NCBI RefSeq assembly: GCF_011386835.1
Contig: NC_088801.1
Location: 10,664,001 to 10,728,000, forward strand
DNA length: 64,000 bases
Reading direction: 5' to 3'
Origin: Chrysemys picta bellii
Taxonomy: Eukaryota
The position numbers were made by a program, and so were the translations under genes. Below, in pieces: positions 49,985-61,196 of the stretch. Positions within the stretch are counted from its first letter, which is position 1. The number at the start of each line of letters is the position of its first letter. The notes beneath the pieces are model-generated. The model was not told the origin of the DNA, did not search any database, and worked only from the letters and a program-made list of their open reading frames with translations.

Positions 49985-50675
49985 GTCTTCAGCTGGCTAA
50001 AGAAGGAGCCTCTCCACCCCACCCCAGGATACTTGAAGGAGACTGAAACAAAGGACAGTAACTGCAGGGGGTGTGAGTGATTGCTGGACCCAGGCTAACA
50101 GGAGATTAGCCTGTAAAAGGGAGCACTCTGGAACTGGTGAGGAAATTATCTGTATTCAGTTTGATTAGGCATAGATTTGCGCATTTTATTTTATTTTGCT
50201 TGGTGACTTACTTTGTTCTGTCTGTTACTACTTTGAACCACTTAAATCCTACTGTCTGTATTTAATAAAATCACTTTCTATTTAGTAATTCACTCAGAGT
50301 ATGTATTAATACCTGGGGGAGCAAACAACTGTGCATATCTCTCTATCAGTGTTATAGAGGGCGAACAATTTATGAGTTTGCCCTGCATAAGCTTTATACA
50401 GGGTAAAACGGATTTAACTGGGTTTAGACCCCATTGGGAGTTGGGCATCTGAGTGCTAAAGACAAGCACACTACTGCGAGCTGTTTTCAGGTAAACTTGC
50501 AGATTTGGAACAGGAGATTCAGACCCTGGATCTGTGTCCGGAGCCAGACGGGAGTGTCTGGCTCAGCAAGACAGGGTGCTGGAGTCCTGAGCTGGCAGGG
50601 AAAGCAGAAGCAGGGGTAGTCTTTGCACATCGGGTGGCAGCTCCCAAGGGGGTTTCTGTGATCCAACCCGTCACA
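49985..50675 (+). mobile_element. 5'-truncated Gypsy-type LTR
   Basis: Contains AATAAAATCAC and ends GGGGGTTTCTGTGATCCAACCCGTCACA, the recalled turtle Gypsy LTR end. No TG start located. Confidence 0.7.
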
Positions 50676-51125
50676 GCACAATCAGTGAGACACCACTTTA
50701 TAATTCCATCAGCTAAATCTTTACAGCTTCCTTCTAGCAGCATGGACATTTTCACAGCTGAATAAAAAGCAACAGTTGTCTTACAATCCTCAGACAATGT
50801 AATCTTAATATGCGATTCACTGTCAGTTTAATAACCTCTTCCTTTGAAATTCTGAATCTCTCTGTAGGTCACACTGTGGGGTTAGTGCAATAGTTTTTGG
50901 AGAACTGAGTTCTAATCCTGTGCAAATGAGCTGCGCAGCCTCCTCCTCGTCCCTATTGTACACAGCGTAAAACCAAACCACAACGTGGGGAACTGAAATA
51001 AATAAATAAAATAAAATAAAATCTATAGATGCGTTGGCAGGGCTGCCTAGATAAATATGCCAACATTCAGACTAACTTTATTCCTGAAACCAGAGATCTT
51101 GGTGTTACCCTGGGTTCTCTCTCTC

Positions 51126-51871
51126 CAGGGGTGAAAGTAATTAAAGGGCTTACTATACTCCGGAGTCCTTAGGAGGGGTGGAGCCTCAACCGGAAGAGGC
51201 ATGACCTCTACCAGAAGAGGCGGGGCATTTAAATTCCCAAGCACTTTAAATCAGCATCGGAGGGGGCCCCGGCCTCTGGCGGAGCTTTAAAGGGCCCGGG
51301 GCTCTGCTGCATAGCAGCAGCCGGGAGCTCCTGGCCCTTTAAATCACCGCCAGAGCCCCGCGGCTGCTACCCCAGAGCTCCAGCAGCAGGGCTCAGGTGG
51401 CGATTTAAAGGGCCCCGGAGGGTAGTGGCAGTGGGAGCCCTGAGCCCTTTAAAATCGCCACCCGAGCCGTACTGCCGGAGCCCCAGGGTAGCAGTGGCAA
51501 CCGGGGCCTCGGGCGGTAATTTAAAGGGCCCGGGGCTCTGGGTGCCACTAACACCCCGAGCCCTTTAAATCATCCCCGGAGCCCTGCTGCCAGAGCCCTG
51601 GGTAGTGGCAGCGGTGCTCTGGCGGCAAGTTAAAAGGCCCGGGGCAGTAGTGGCGGCCGAGCCCCTGGCCCTTTAAATCGCTACCCGAGCCCCACCGCCG
51701 CTTCCCCAGGTGTCCGTCAGCAGGGCTCTGGCTTCCCCTGCTGGCAATTTAAAGGGCCTGGGGCTCCCAGCAGTGGCTGGAGCCCAGGGCCCTTTAAATT
51801 GCCACCAGGGGAAGCCAATCCACCCCGGTATGGCGCATTGGCTCTTGCGTACCAGCTTACTTTCACCTCTG
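51126..51871. mobile_element. Non-autonomous hAT with an internal hairpin array
   Basis: TIRs CAGGGGTGAAAGTAA and TTACTTTCACCTCTG. TSD TCTCTCTC vs TCTCTTTC. Confidence 0.88.
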
Positions 51872-51873
51872 TC

Positions 51874-51878
<5 letters not shown>

Positions 51879-51916
<38 letters not shown>
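51879..51916. repeat. (CA)19 microsatellite
   Basis: Uninterrupted CA repeat. Confidence 0.97.
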
Positions 51917-51921
<5 letters not shown>

Positions 51922-52024
51922 CCTTGCTGTACTGTCTTAATTGTGTACTAATCACATCCTTGCCTCAGTGACTGCAGTTCCTACTTCCCCTGTCTTCCTG
52001 AATCCCTGCTCTCCAACCAAAGTT

Positions 52025-52165
52025 CCAGGGATTCAGAATGCTGCAGCCAGGCTACACTCTTGTTCTAGGAAATGGGGCTACATCATCCCAGTTCCTCTGT
52101 TATGATTGCTGGCGTCCTTTCCACAACTCTCATCTCCAAATTCAATTCAAAATTGCCTCCCAGAT
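52025..52165 (+). mobile_element. L2-like LINE 3' fragment
   Basis: ATTCAGAATGCTGCAGCCAGGCT (IQNAAAR)...CATCATCCCAGTT...ATTCAATTCAAAATT (IQFKI). Confidence 0.55.
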
Positions 52166-52211
52166 TTTCATATCTTCTGGGATTCCCCCAGAATGCTTCT
52201 CTGACCTCATA

Positions 52212-52926
52212 TGTACCCTCCTGGCCAAGATGGGGTCTGTTCTGCAGGCAGTTCTTGCCAAGAGAAGCCACGCGTAGGAATGCAGCAGTGAAAGTCCCTT
52301 CCACCCCAGGGGCACCTGTTCCAAACACCCTCCCCCCCTGAGTGAACACACACACACACACTACAGTGAATATAGGAAAGGGAAATATTTATTCACAGAG
52401 GGATGAATGGAGAAAAGTATCAGGGGGAAAGCCAGGGAGAGCGGTAAAACAGGGTTGCATTCAACACAAGGCCCCACAGGCCCAGTGGAAGCACAGTCTG
52501 AAAGGACAGACACTGAGCAATGCGTCTGCACTCAGAGTTTGGGATTCCTGGCAAAGTTCCAGTCCAATGGTGAGTCTTGGATGCTCCTGGTCGTCTTCGG
52601 TGCCAGTGAACTTTCCCCAACAAACCCCTCCGGGGCCCTCTTCTGCCGCTCTCTGCAAAGCCACACAGAGGGACAACCTCCCCACTTAACTAGCTAACAG
52701 CCTCCCTCCTTATCCCCAGTGCAAGCTCCAGTATTCACAGCCCCATGCAGCTCTGGCCAGCGGTGATCCGGTCCAGCTCCGGCCTGTCCTTCTCAGGCAA
52801 TTCCTCCCTGGCACAGTGCTCCTCCTGGCTCCGTCCTGGAGTGTCCCGGATCCAGGCAATCAGCACTCCCCCAGTCAGGACAAAGATTTACAGGGGCCAT
52901 GCTCTCTAAACCCCAAAAGGGTTACA
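52212..52926. mobile_element. Probable solo LTR
   Basis: Imperfect inverted termini TGTACCCT and AGGGTTACA with a GC-richer interior. No TSD recognised. Confidence 0.45.
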
Positions 52927-53479
52927 CTCCTCTCCCACCCACTCAGTCTCCTTTCCATCTCATTTCCTGCCCACTCACTCCACTCTTCCAATCCTGGCCA
53001 GCTCCACCATGAGCAGAACAATGAGCAAACTCACAATGGTGAGAGAGCCACAGGGAATCTTGCCCCCCCCCCCCTTCCCTTAAAAGGCAGTGACAAAGGA
53101 AGTACCAGGAGCTACCAGTGCCCCCACAGCCCATGCTGTCCAACAGCAGGCAGGCAGGGGCAGCCTAGATGGAAAAAGGGAATAAAATTCTTGTTCTCTC
53201 CCAGCACCAGGAGGGAGAAAACAACCCCCTTCCCCTCCCTTCAGCAACCAAGAGAAGGAAGGAGACAGAGCAGGCAGCTCTCCTCCTTCCCAGCAGTAAC
53301 AGAACAGAGGAGCTGGAGACCCACGTCATCACTGAGAGGAGTCTCAGAGACACGGGGTCATTGCCCAACCCAAGACCACTTTGTGGCACTCACGCTCACA
53401 ACAGTCCACCGTAGCTCCTTAAACTGAACTTCCCATGGTCCTCCCATCCTAAGTTACAAGGGAGAAATGAGACCTCATG

Positions 53480-53670
53480 ACCTGAGCAGAAACCAAGGAA
53501 TCCTGGAATGCCAATAATGGCTCTGACACAGAATCCCTTTGTGGCCTTGAGCAAGTTGCTTAAACTTTTCAGTGCCTCAGTTCCCCTGACTGCAAACTGG
53601 GGCTAATGACTCCTCCCTAACTCACAAGTGTGCTGCAAGGCCTAATGACTTGTAAAGCACTTGCAGGATG
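53480..53670 (+). mobile_element. CORE/MIR-like SINE
   Basis: GTGGCCTTGAGCAAGTTGCTTAAACTTTTCAGTGCCTCAGTTCCCC...TTGTAAAGCACTT. Confidence 0.65.
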
Positions 53671-54829
53671 TGACGTACGTCAAGACTATGTGTTGGTACA
53701 ACAGAACATGGATCATCTCAAACCTTAGGTTGCTCAATAATGATCACTTTCTCAAAACAGGAGTTGGCTTGCCAAATTGCTGTAATATGAACAGAGAGGA
53801 ACTTATTTCAAAACCTCTTCACTGTACAAGTACAATTACTAGTATTTATTTGCTTTTTTTATTACTATTGAGCAGCCAGCAAAGTGTTGTGGTCTGTTTG
53901 GAAGAATCCCCGGTGATTCAAAGCCCAGGTAAAGAAATGCCAGATAATCCCCATGGGCTAGATCGTGACTATACAGTCTGCTCTCATTCTGTCCTTGGAG
54001 CACCCTAGAAAGGAGATTGTGAGGCAGTCTCACAACTACCCTCCCGGATCCCTTGCTGCTCCAAGGAAGAAGTAAACTCCACCAGATCTATACCAGAACA
54101 GTGCATGCTGCCTGATGCACTATAGGGTGGAGCCAAGGCTCTGCCATCCCCCACCCCTTCGGGCCCTCCCAACCACTTGCACAATGGGAGTGTGGGGGGG
54201 ACCTGCCGCAGCCCTGCAAAGCCCTTGCTGTGCCCCTCACTCTGCTATCGGAGAGCGGGGTAGCCAGTACAAGGCAGTAAGGGGACTTTACACCCTATTA
54301 CTAACTTTCATGGCTCCTCTAGCCCGGACCACAAACTGGCGCCCATGTCAGCTAATTTAGAGCCTGCTTGTTTTTTTAAGCACATTCCAGGGCATTTAAA
54401 CATTGTAACCCATTGTTTATGGAGACAAACACTGAAGCTGTCACACAATCACCTTCATTGAGAAAGAGAAGACTAGTTGCCCATGCATCACTCATTGCGT
54501 CTTATGACAATCTGATCTGTATAATCCCTCTTTTCAGACAGGAAGGCAAGTTGCATCTTGGCTCTCAGAGCCACTGGCATCTGATTGGAAAAAAAAACAC
54601 ACTCTTTTGTCATCACTCAATCTTTCCAACCAGCCTCTCCCACATCTGGGGGTGGATTTTACATTATCTCTACACTCACGTCTATGCCAGCAATTTTGTG
54701 CCAACAGATGTGTTGTACCAAATTCAGAACAACTATCTCCCCTGATCAGATCCTGCAAAGTCAGTAGAGACTCAAATCCTGTTAAAACATAAGCTTTAGT
54801 CAAATACAACTTACTAGGCTCCACACAGG

Positions 54830-54925
54830 TATAACTGGGTAAAGTCTATGGCCTCTTTTATACAGGCAGTCAGGCTAGAGTATCTAATAGTCTATTCTAG
54901 CCTTTGAATATATAAATCTATGAAT
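54830..54925 (+). mobile_element. CR1 3' UTR fragment
   Basis: CTATGGCCTCTTTTATACAGGCAGTCAGGCTAGAG...TAGCCTTTGAATATATAAATCTATGA. Confidence 0.55.
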
Positions 54926-55693
54926 GAACATCAGCCAGAAAAATCCTTTATGATTGGGTTTAAAATCTGCAGATTGCCAAGGCCTTGATGATTTCCTTTT
55001 TATTAGCACTGGGCAATTCTTAGAAGGTTTTAAGTAGAGGCGCTCAAGCTGCAAAATTCAGACCCAGATTTCAGACACAGGGACCATTTGGTTCTAGGGC
55101 ACGTTAATGGAGAGAGCGAGAGAGAAAGGGCCATTTGTGAAATGTAGTCCATGATCATCCTCCAGTATTAACTTTCACTTCCTGTTTGAAAAAAACATCC
55201 AGAAAAGTTTGATCGTGTATTCAAAGCATTTCCACATGTTTCCAGTCTGCATGCCAAATGGCAAATCTCCTGGGAACCGGCGTCCTTCGAAACACTTCCA
55301 GTATTTCACAGCCTCATCTCTGTCTGGTGCATTAGTGTGACCCACTGGTAAATGTGAGTTATAGGCCCCTCTCGGTACTGAGGATACGCGCTTGTTACTG
55401 CCTAGAGAGCATTAGCGCGAGGTATCGGCTTATGCGTTGAGTTCTGGAAGTCCCCAGCTTGGTCTCCTGTGTGTCAGTCAAAATGGTGCCAGCGTATCAG
55501 CACGTCTGCTGCATATACACATGGAAATCCAAAAAGGGAAAGCTAATCAAGCTCTCTCTAACCTCAGAAAGGTTATCCCAACCAGATGGCTTAACCATGG
55601 TTGAGGAGATGGTTTGCCAGTGGCATCTATCGTCGCAACCCTCTGAGCAGACCAAAAAAAAAAAAAAGTGTGTTAGGGTTTCCAAGTAAGGGC

Positions 55694-55856
55694 TTGATCC
55701 TGTAAAGTGATGAGCACTCTGGCTCTGCTCCAGCAAAACACTTAAGCATGTGCTTAGCTTCAAAACACATGAGTCATCCCATTGGCTTCAAGATAAGCAT
55801 GTGCTTAAGTGTTTTGGTGGATCAGGGCCACAGTGCTCATCACCTTCCAGGATCAA
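55694..55856. repeat. Nested palindromic MITE-like hairpin
   Basis: Outer arms TTGATCCTGTAAAGTGATGAGCACT and AGTGCTCATCACCTTCCAGGATCAA. Inner arms CAGCAAAACACTTAAGCATGTGCTTA and TAAGCATGTGCTTAAGTGTTTTGGTG. Confidence 0.8.
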
Positions 55857-56309
55857 TCCACTGATAGTTAAAGGATAGTATCAATTAAACAGTTCTCATA
55901 CAGGGATACATTTAATTCAGACACGATGAGATCTTTGGATGGAAGGTGTTAGAGATAACAATCATGTTATTGTTATTTACAACAGAAGATGTGTACAGAG
56001 GCTAACTAAATCAGTTTTGCAATACTATTGGCTCATAAACTGAATCTGTTAAGGAGCAACATTACGCAAACCTTAAAATCCAGAATGAGCTCTCTGGAAA
56101 GCAGATGCTTGTTGGTATTGAACCATCACAGAAAAGTTGTTTTTTTCCCCGCTTCTCTTTCTTTTGCTGGGGTTGCTGCCTGGAATTTGTAAAGCAGCAC
56201 TGCTTATTAACAGCACAATTTTGTGTCCTGGATCCGACTATTCTGAATGATATATTCAAGACTCAAAGCAACGTTGCATGTAGCTGTTATCAGAAATTAA
56301 GCTAGTGGC

Positions 56310-56590
56310 ACCTAAAAACATCCAGATGCTTTTCAAAACTGTACATGGACTCATTCCATCTATGATACCTTTTTGACCTACTCGCAGTCAATTTCCTCTG
56401 CTCCACAACACTTCCTCACGTGCTTCTCCTCTGCATCCCACCTCCCATGCCTCTTCGCGGTTGGGGGTCGCTCTTTCACTTGTGTTATCCCATCTCTTTA
56501 GAACTCCCTTCTTCTCCCCTCTGTGAGAGGCTCTGAATCACCCCCCTCCTTTAAATCTTACCGTAAAATCTTCCTTTTCTCTGCAGCTTG
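56310..56590 (+). mobile_element. L2-like LINE 3' end
   Basis: TTCAAAACTGTACATGGACTC (FKTVHGL)...CCCCTCCTTTAAATCTTACCGTAAAATCTTCCTTTTC. Confidence 0.45.
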
Positions 56591-57985
56591 TGAGTGACTC
56601 TCTCTGTTTAAAGCATTTTATGAATCAAGGGAACTTTTCCCAGACCCTTTTTATCCCAGAGGCCTTTCGGCACAGCACACTGAATCCTTTCTATCAGTTC
56701 TCATTGTGTTTATTTGCAAGACTCGTAGGACACCATTGATGAGTAAGCACCAATGAAAAAATATTATTGTATTAAAAAAATACATTGTACTGTATAGTTG
56801 AAAGCTATTGTGTGAGATTTTCAGATGGTTGCCTGAGAGCAAAATTACTTTCCTAACCCTTGTTCAATTATTTATGACTTTATTGCTAGTACTTTCAAAA
56901 ACAAATTCTAAACCAACCCTGAGGAAGAAAATATCAGATTCATTTGCTATAGTTCCATTTTCAAGATAAATAAAATACTATGAGGTTTTCTAATAGAAAC
57001 GAAATCCACAGCCAAATGCCTTTGAGGTCAAATATTCTGCACCACGGCAGTCTTAGGCACATGCTGCTGTTGCTTACCCATCAGTGTTACATTAGCAGCT
57101 CAAGTTTCAACTCCCTTAATGGAGATACCAGAGTGGCAATGGATTTTTCCCATAGTACCTTTGGTTTCCCCAGGATAATTGGCTAGCCATACCTCCCAGA
57201 CGTCATCCCAAAACCCTCCACCTTTTTAAACAAAATATTTGGTTAGGAATGGCAAAAATCAAGCATACTCAACATGAATGCAAATCTTTAGCAAAATTTC
57301 CTATGGGCTTTTCATACCTGGGTGGTGGAGTTCATGGATGATAGTGGCTCTCTCTCCCCCCGCGCCCCCCCCCCATCAGTACACACTAAAGGGAATAATG
57401 TATTAGTGACCAATTCAACTGTAGTGGGGGTGTTTGGCAGAATACTGTGCAAATCCAAGAGAAATAAATCATATCCCATTATCTTTTAGCCAGACAGAGT
57501 TAAAACTGCCTTTTGTTTCAGTACAACAAGCACACATTTAATAGCTCCCTGTAGACCTCAATGTTTGCAAGTTGGCTGGTTTTAAAAAATAAGTTGTTTA
57601 AAAATAAAAATAAGAACAATGCATTTATATGCAGCAAGCTACGTTCATGCTACCCAAATCATATTCATCTGGTAGCAGGTTACAATTACACATCAGCCCA
57701 AAGTAAAACCCCAGATTAGAACACTCCCAAATCAATTAAAACACCAGGCCACAGAAAATGCACCCGACATAATTCAGGAGAGATCAGGTACCTGCCAATA
57801 AGCCAAATTTTGCATGCATGGAAACTTTCACCAACAGTTATGATAGGATATGGAAAGCTGTCATATATAATGCCCTATGTGGTTAAAGATTTAACAGTCT
57901 TGGTTACTTAGCTCAATCCACCTTTTCCCTATGCATCAGCATGATGGCTCAGCTCAGCAGAGGAAGCTTTGCTGACAGTCCCCCC

Positions 57986-58127
57986 CAGGGTTGGTGCTAG
58001 CCCACTGGGGGCCCTAAGCAGGAACAATTCCCCCCCCCCACACACACAAATAATTAATAGGGGGTCCCCTTGAGCTGCTCGGACCCTAAGCAATTTCTTA
58101 GTCTGCTTAAGCCTAGCACCAGCTCTG
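57986..58127. mobile_element. Short hAT-type MITE
   Basis: TIRs CAGGGTTGGTGCTAG and CTAGCACCAGCTCTG. Flanks GTCCCCCC and GTCCCTGC (6/8). Confidence 0.6.
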
Positions 58128-58559
58128 GTCCCTGCGTTGTGCATGCTTGAAGAGTGGAGGTAGAGGAGGAGAGCTGCATGACCAATATTGAAACAAGGGA
58201 CTCCCACAAATAGGTCCATCTTAGCCTATAACCACCACCACCCCCATGTCCCAGGATGACACACTGGCTGATAGGAGAGAACTAAGGACCCTAGTAATTT
58301 GTTTACTCATTTAAACAACATTCTTTCCTAACCATAACCAATAAAGAAGGCAGCATGATTTACAAACAAAACCAGAGAGAAGAAAGAATTAGTATAGAAA
58401 TCTCACATGAAAACCTGTTCTCAAGTGACTTCTGGATAAGTCTGGCAGATCCAGGAGGTTCAGAATGGACAAACACATAACATATCTAAGCTTACATAAC
58501 ATGGCAGTGGCTCTGACTTTGTTCCTGTGGAATGGATAAATAAACCTCGGTAGGACACA

Positions 58560-58720
58560 TGTTGCCGCAAAAGGCTTACAATACAAGTAGACAAGACAGA
58601 GAGTGGTGTCCTACCTTGACCCAACTTGTCAATAACCAAGCCAAGACTAGAACCCCGAGTCCTGACTTCCAGTCCAGTGCCCTACCCACTAGACCATCAG
58701 CTAAGGAGATGCATGGGGTC
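58560..58720 (-). mobile_element. tRNA-derived SINE fragment
   Basis: GACTAGAACCCCGAGTCCTGACTTCCAGTCCAGTGCCCTACCCACTAGACCA is a reversed A/B-box head. Confidence 0.6.
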
Positions 58721-59652
58721 TTGGGAAAAGGAATCCTCCACCGGGCTGCGGAGCATCAGCCCAACTGCTCCATAGGCTACAATACCAGCAGCTGCCCTTG
58801 CATTCCCACTACACAGTAGGTTATGGCCCATGGAACAAGATATTTGGGGACCTATTGGCCACAACTCTCCTGCTCCATGCTGCCACAGAGAGAGCCTTCA
58901 CACAGCAACACTCTGCAGCACATAAGATGTGGATTTCCCAATCTGTTCCCCTTGCACAGCAGAACGGCAGTGGTTCCAATGCGTTCAGCACTTTCCATGC
59001 CCACTGGTGTTGGGACAAGGACAGGATACATCCTTAAGGTAAATCAAACAAAGAGCTGTGACGTGCTTTTTGGATGCATAACACTCTCTTCCATAGACTT
59101 TTGAGTGCTGCTTGTAGCTAAGGAACAGAGGTGCCTTTAAATTTCATTCTGCATATTTTCCTACAGAACATTTTCAGTAGGGCTGCATAACAGAGCACCC
59201 AAGACTACAATGTATCTTGAACAATCACCAGGAAACAGGTGCAGCAAACAAACTATAATCATGAATCTAACCAAAGTTTAGAGGACCCATGTGAGGACAT
59301 TTGCCTTAGATGGCTGTAATTTTCATCTCTATTTCTTTCCTATAATTGCCGGGCTCTAATTAATCCATACCAGAAAAGAGCAGCAAAAGGGGAAAGGAAT
59401 GCTCTGGGTTTTTTTGTGTTCCTGCTATGCCTGATTAACACAAAGCAGTTTGGCAAACGAAGACACCCATCTTGAACATCAACATCTCCAACTGGCTTCT
59501 CAGGATCAGAAGCTAGGGTTGAAACATGCTTCTAAACTTCACATGGGCTCCGGAAGCTAACACATCTTAAAGATGGATCCTATAAACTGGCTCTTTGTGA
59601 ACCAAAAAAACCCAACCAAAAAAAAAAAAATATATATATATATACACACACC

Positions 59653-59713
59653 GGCCTCTTAATATTATTTATATATATAAATATATATAATATATAAATA
59701 ATATTAAGAGACC
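59653..59713. repeat. AT-rich palindrome
   Basis: 23-bp arms GGCCTCTTAATATTATTTATATA and TATATAAATAATATTAAGAGACC with one mismatch and a 15-bp A/T spacer. Confidence 0.9.
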
Positions 59714-60679
59714 CAACTTCTTTCTCTCTCTGTACTTGTAATATGCTCATTACTGTAGTATCTGTTTAAATAGCCAACTAAGTTCCAACACATTTTTTAA
59801 CCTCAGGGATGTCTTTCACCCTTCCCCAATAAAGCAGAAGGTCAGCATTATTAAGCAATTAAATATCAAGGTTTATTTACCCCTTCCACAGGAACAAGGT
59901 TAGAGCCAGTGCTCTATTATGTACTATAGGCTTAAAGATTTGCTAATTTACTTTAATCCACTTAAACCTTTAAAGCATGGATAATGGAAAACAGACAAGA
60001 AAACTGTTTCCAAATGTAAAGACAATAGCTTCCTTCCCTCCAAAGAAGCATAAAGCCTTAGACAAGAGCCCTAAAAGGTCATCAACTTCTCCTTTCTCCC
60101 TAGACACCCCATCTCAAAGGTCACAGAAGCCTCATTCAGATGCCCTCAGCAAAGAACCTAACCACAGATGTACTGCAATCCCCCAAAGGGCAGCCAAAAT
60201 CAATACTTCAACATTTAGGAGGAAGCTAGAGCTGCCAAGGAGGCTCAATGCACTATGGTAATGGTGTATGGAACTTCTTACACTGGACTATATAGGTGCT
60301 CAGATCTGAGGGTGATGAGGGTCATGGAACTAGATGGATGAATAGATAGAAGTGCTGACAGAATCCATGGGGGTACCACTACTACACATAACGACATGGA
60401 CCATTTATCTGGGATAAGGACACAGTTCTTCAGGGGATTCTTATGCTGCAAGACACCAGTAAGAGGCCTATGATGTTTTTATGTATGGCACTGTAGGCCT
60501 CTGCAGTTAAAAAGGCTGCTCTTTTGCCTCTAAGCTCTTATTAAGGCCGGAGTCCGGACGGAGGTCAGAAAAAATCACTGGCAATGACTACAAACATATG
60601 CAGAAAAAAGCAACAATGGAAGCAACTAGTGATGATTTTATTATTATTACTGTATACACAATAATCTTGCTCTAAATGT

Positions 60680-60900
60680 CCACAATAATAAACGTGCCTT
60701 TCATTCAAAGATCTACAAATGCTTTACAAGTATGAAATAAGCCTCATGTTAGCCCTGTGAGGTTTAGAAGCAGCACTGAACCCACTTACGGATGAGGAAA
60801 CTGAGGCAAAATTCAGTGAGTTGCCCAAGATCACAGAGTCAGTGGTAGAATGGTGATGAGAAACCCTGAGGTCTTATCTCCCAGCTCTCTGCTCTGACCT
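60680..60900 (-). mobile_element. CORE/MIR-like SINE
   Basis: GATGAGGAAACTGAGGCAAAATTCAGTGAGTTGCCCAAGATCACAGAG is the reversed MIR core. Confidence 0.7.
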
Positions 60901-60990
60901 CGCTGCTTCCCAGGACGTGGACTCCAGAGCGGATTATCCTATTGTACCTTGCAATCAAGCTAAGGCATCCAAGGGAAGAGAATCTCTTAC

Positions 60991-61144
60991 CTTCGAAAGC
61001 AATGGTGGGGTGTTCTCTTCTGATGCATTGCTGTTGCTCAGTTTCAGGATATTCGGGTGCATTCTGTGATGCTGAGAGATGAAAAGTGAGAAGGAAAAGG
61101 CTTGCCAATGACAGAGAAATGCGCTTTAATCTTGATACAACCAT
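60991..61144 (-). CDS. SEMA5B: Semaphorin 5B first coding segment (signal peptide)
   Basis: ATG in strong Kozak context (aatcATGg). Encodes MVVSRLKRISLSLASLFLLTFHLSASQNAPEYPETEQQQCIRREHPTIAFE-G, then donor GAAG|gtaaga. Recalled human sequence: ...SEQQLCALSKHPTVAFED. Confidence 0.93.
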
Positions 61145-61196
61145 GATTGGAGGCCTGCTGCAGATCTAGCTTCCAAGGTAGGCCCTGAGAGGATAC
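61145..61196 (-). other. SEMA5B: 5' UTR part of the SEMA5B start-codon exon (exon 60991-61196, 206 nt)
   Basis: Acceptor attctttgcattgcag|GTATCC at 61197/61196. In-frame TAG at 61166-61168 upstream of the ATG. Confidence 0.75.

Noticed and set aside
51286-51799. Regularly spaced repeats superficially like a CRISPR array
   Set aside because: Vertebrate DNA inside hAT TIRs. The repeats are degenerate inverted pairs, the linkers are related to each other, and there are no cas genes.
60839-60990. C-terminal half of the 101-aa ORF (KRFSSLG...FYH)
   Set aside because: Read-through into the intron past the GAAG|gtaaga donor, running into a MIR-like SINE.
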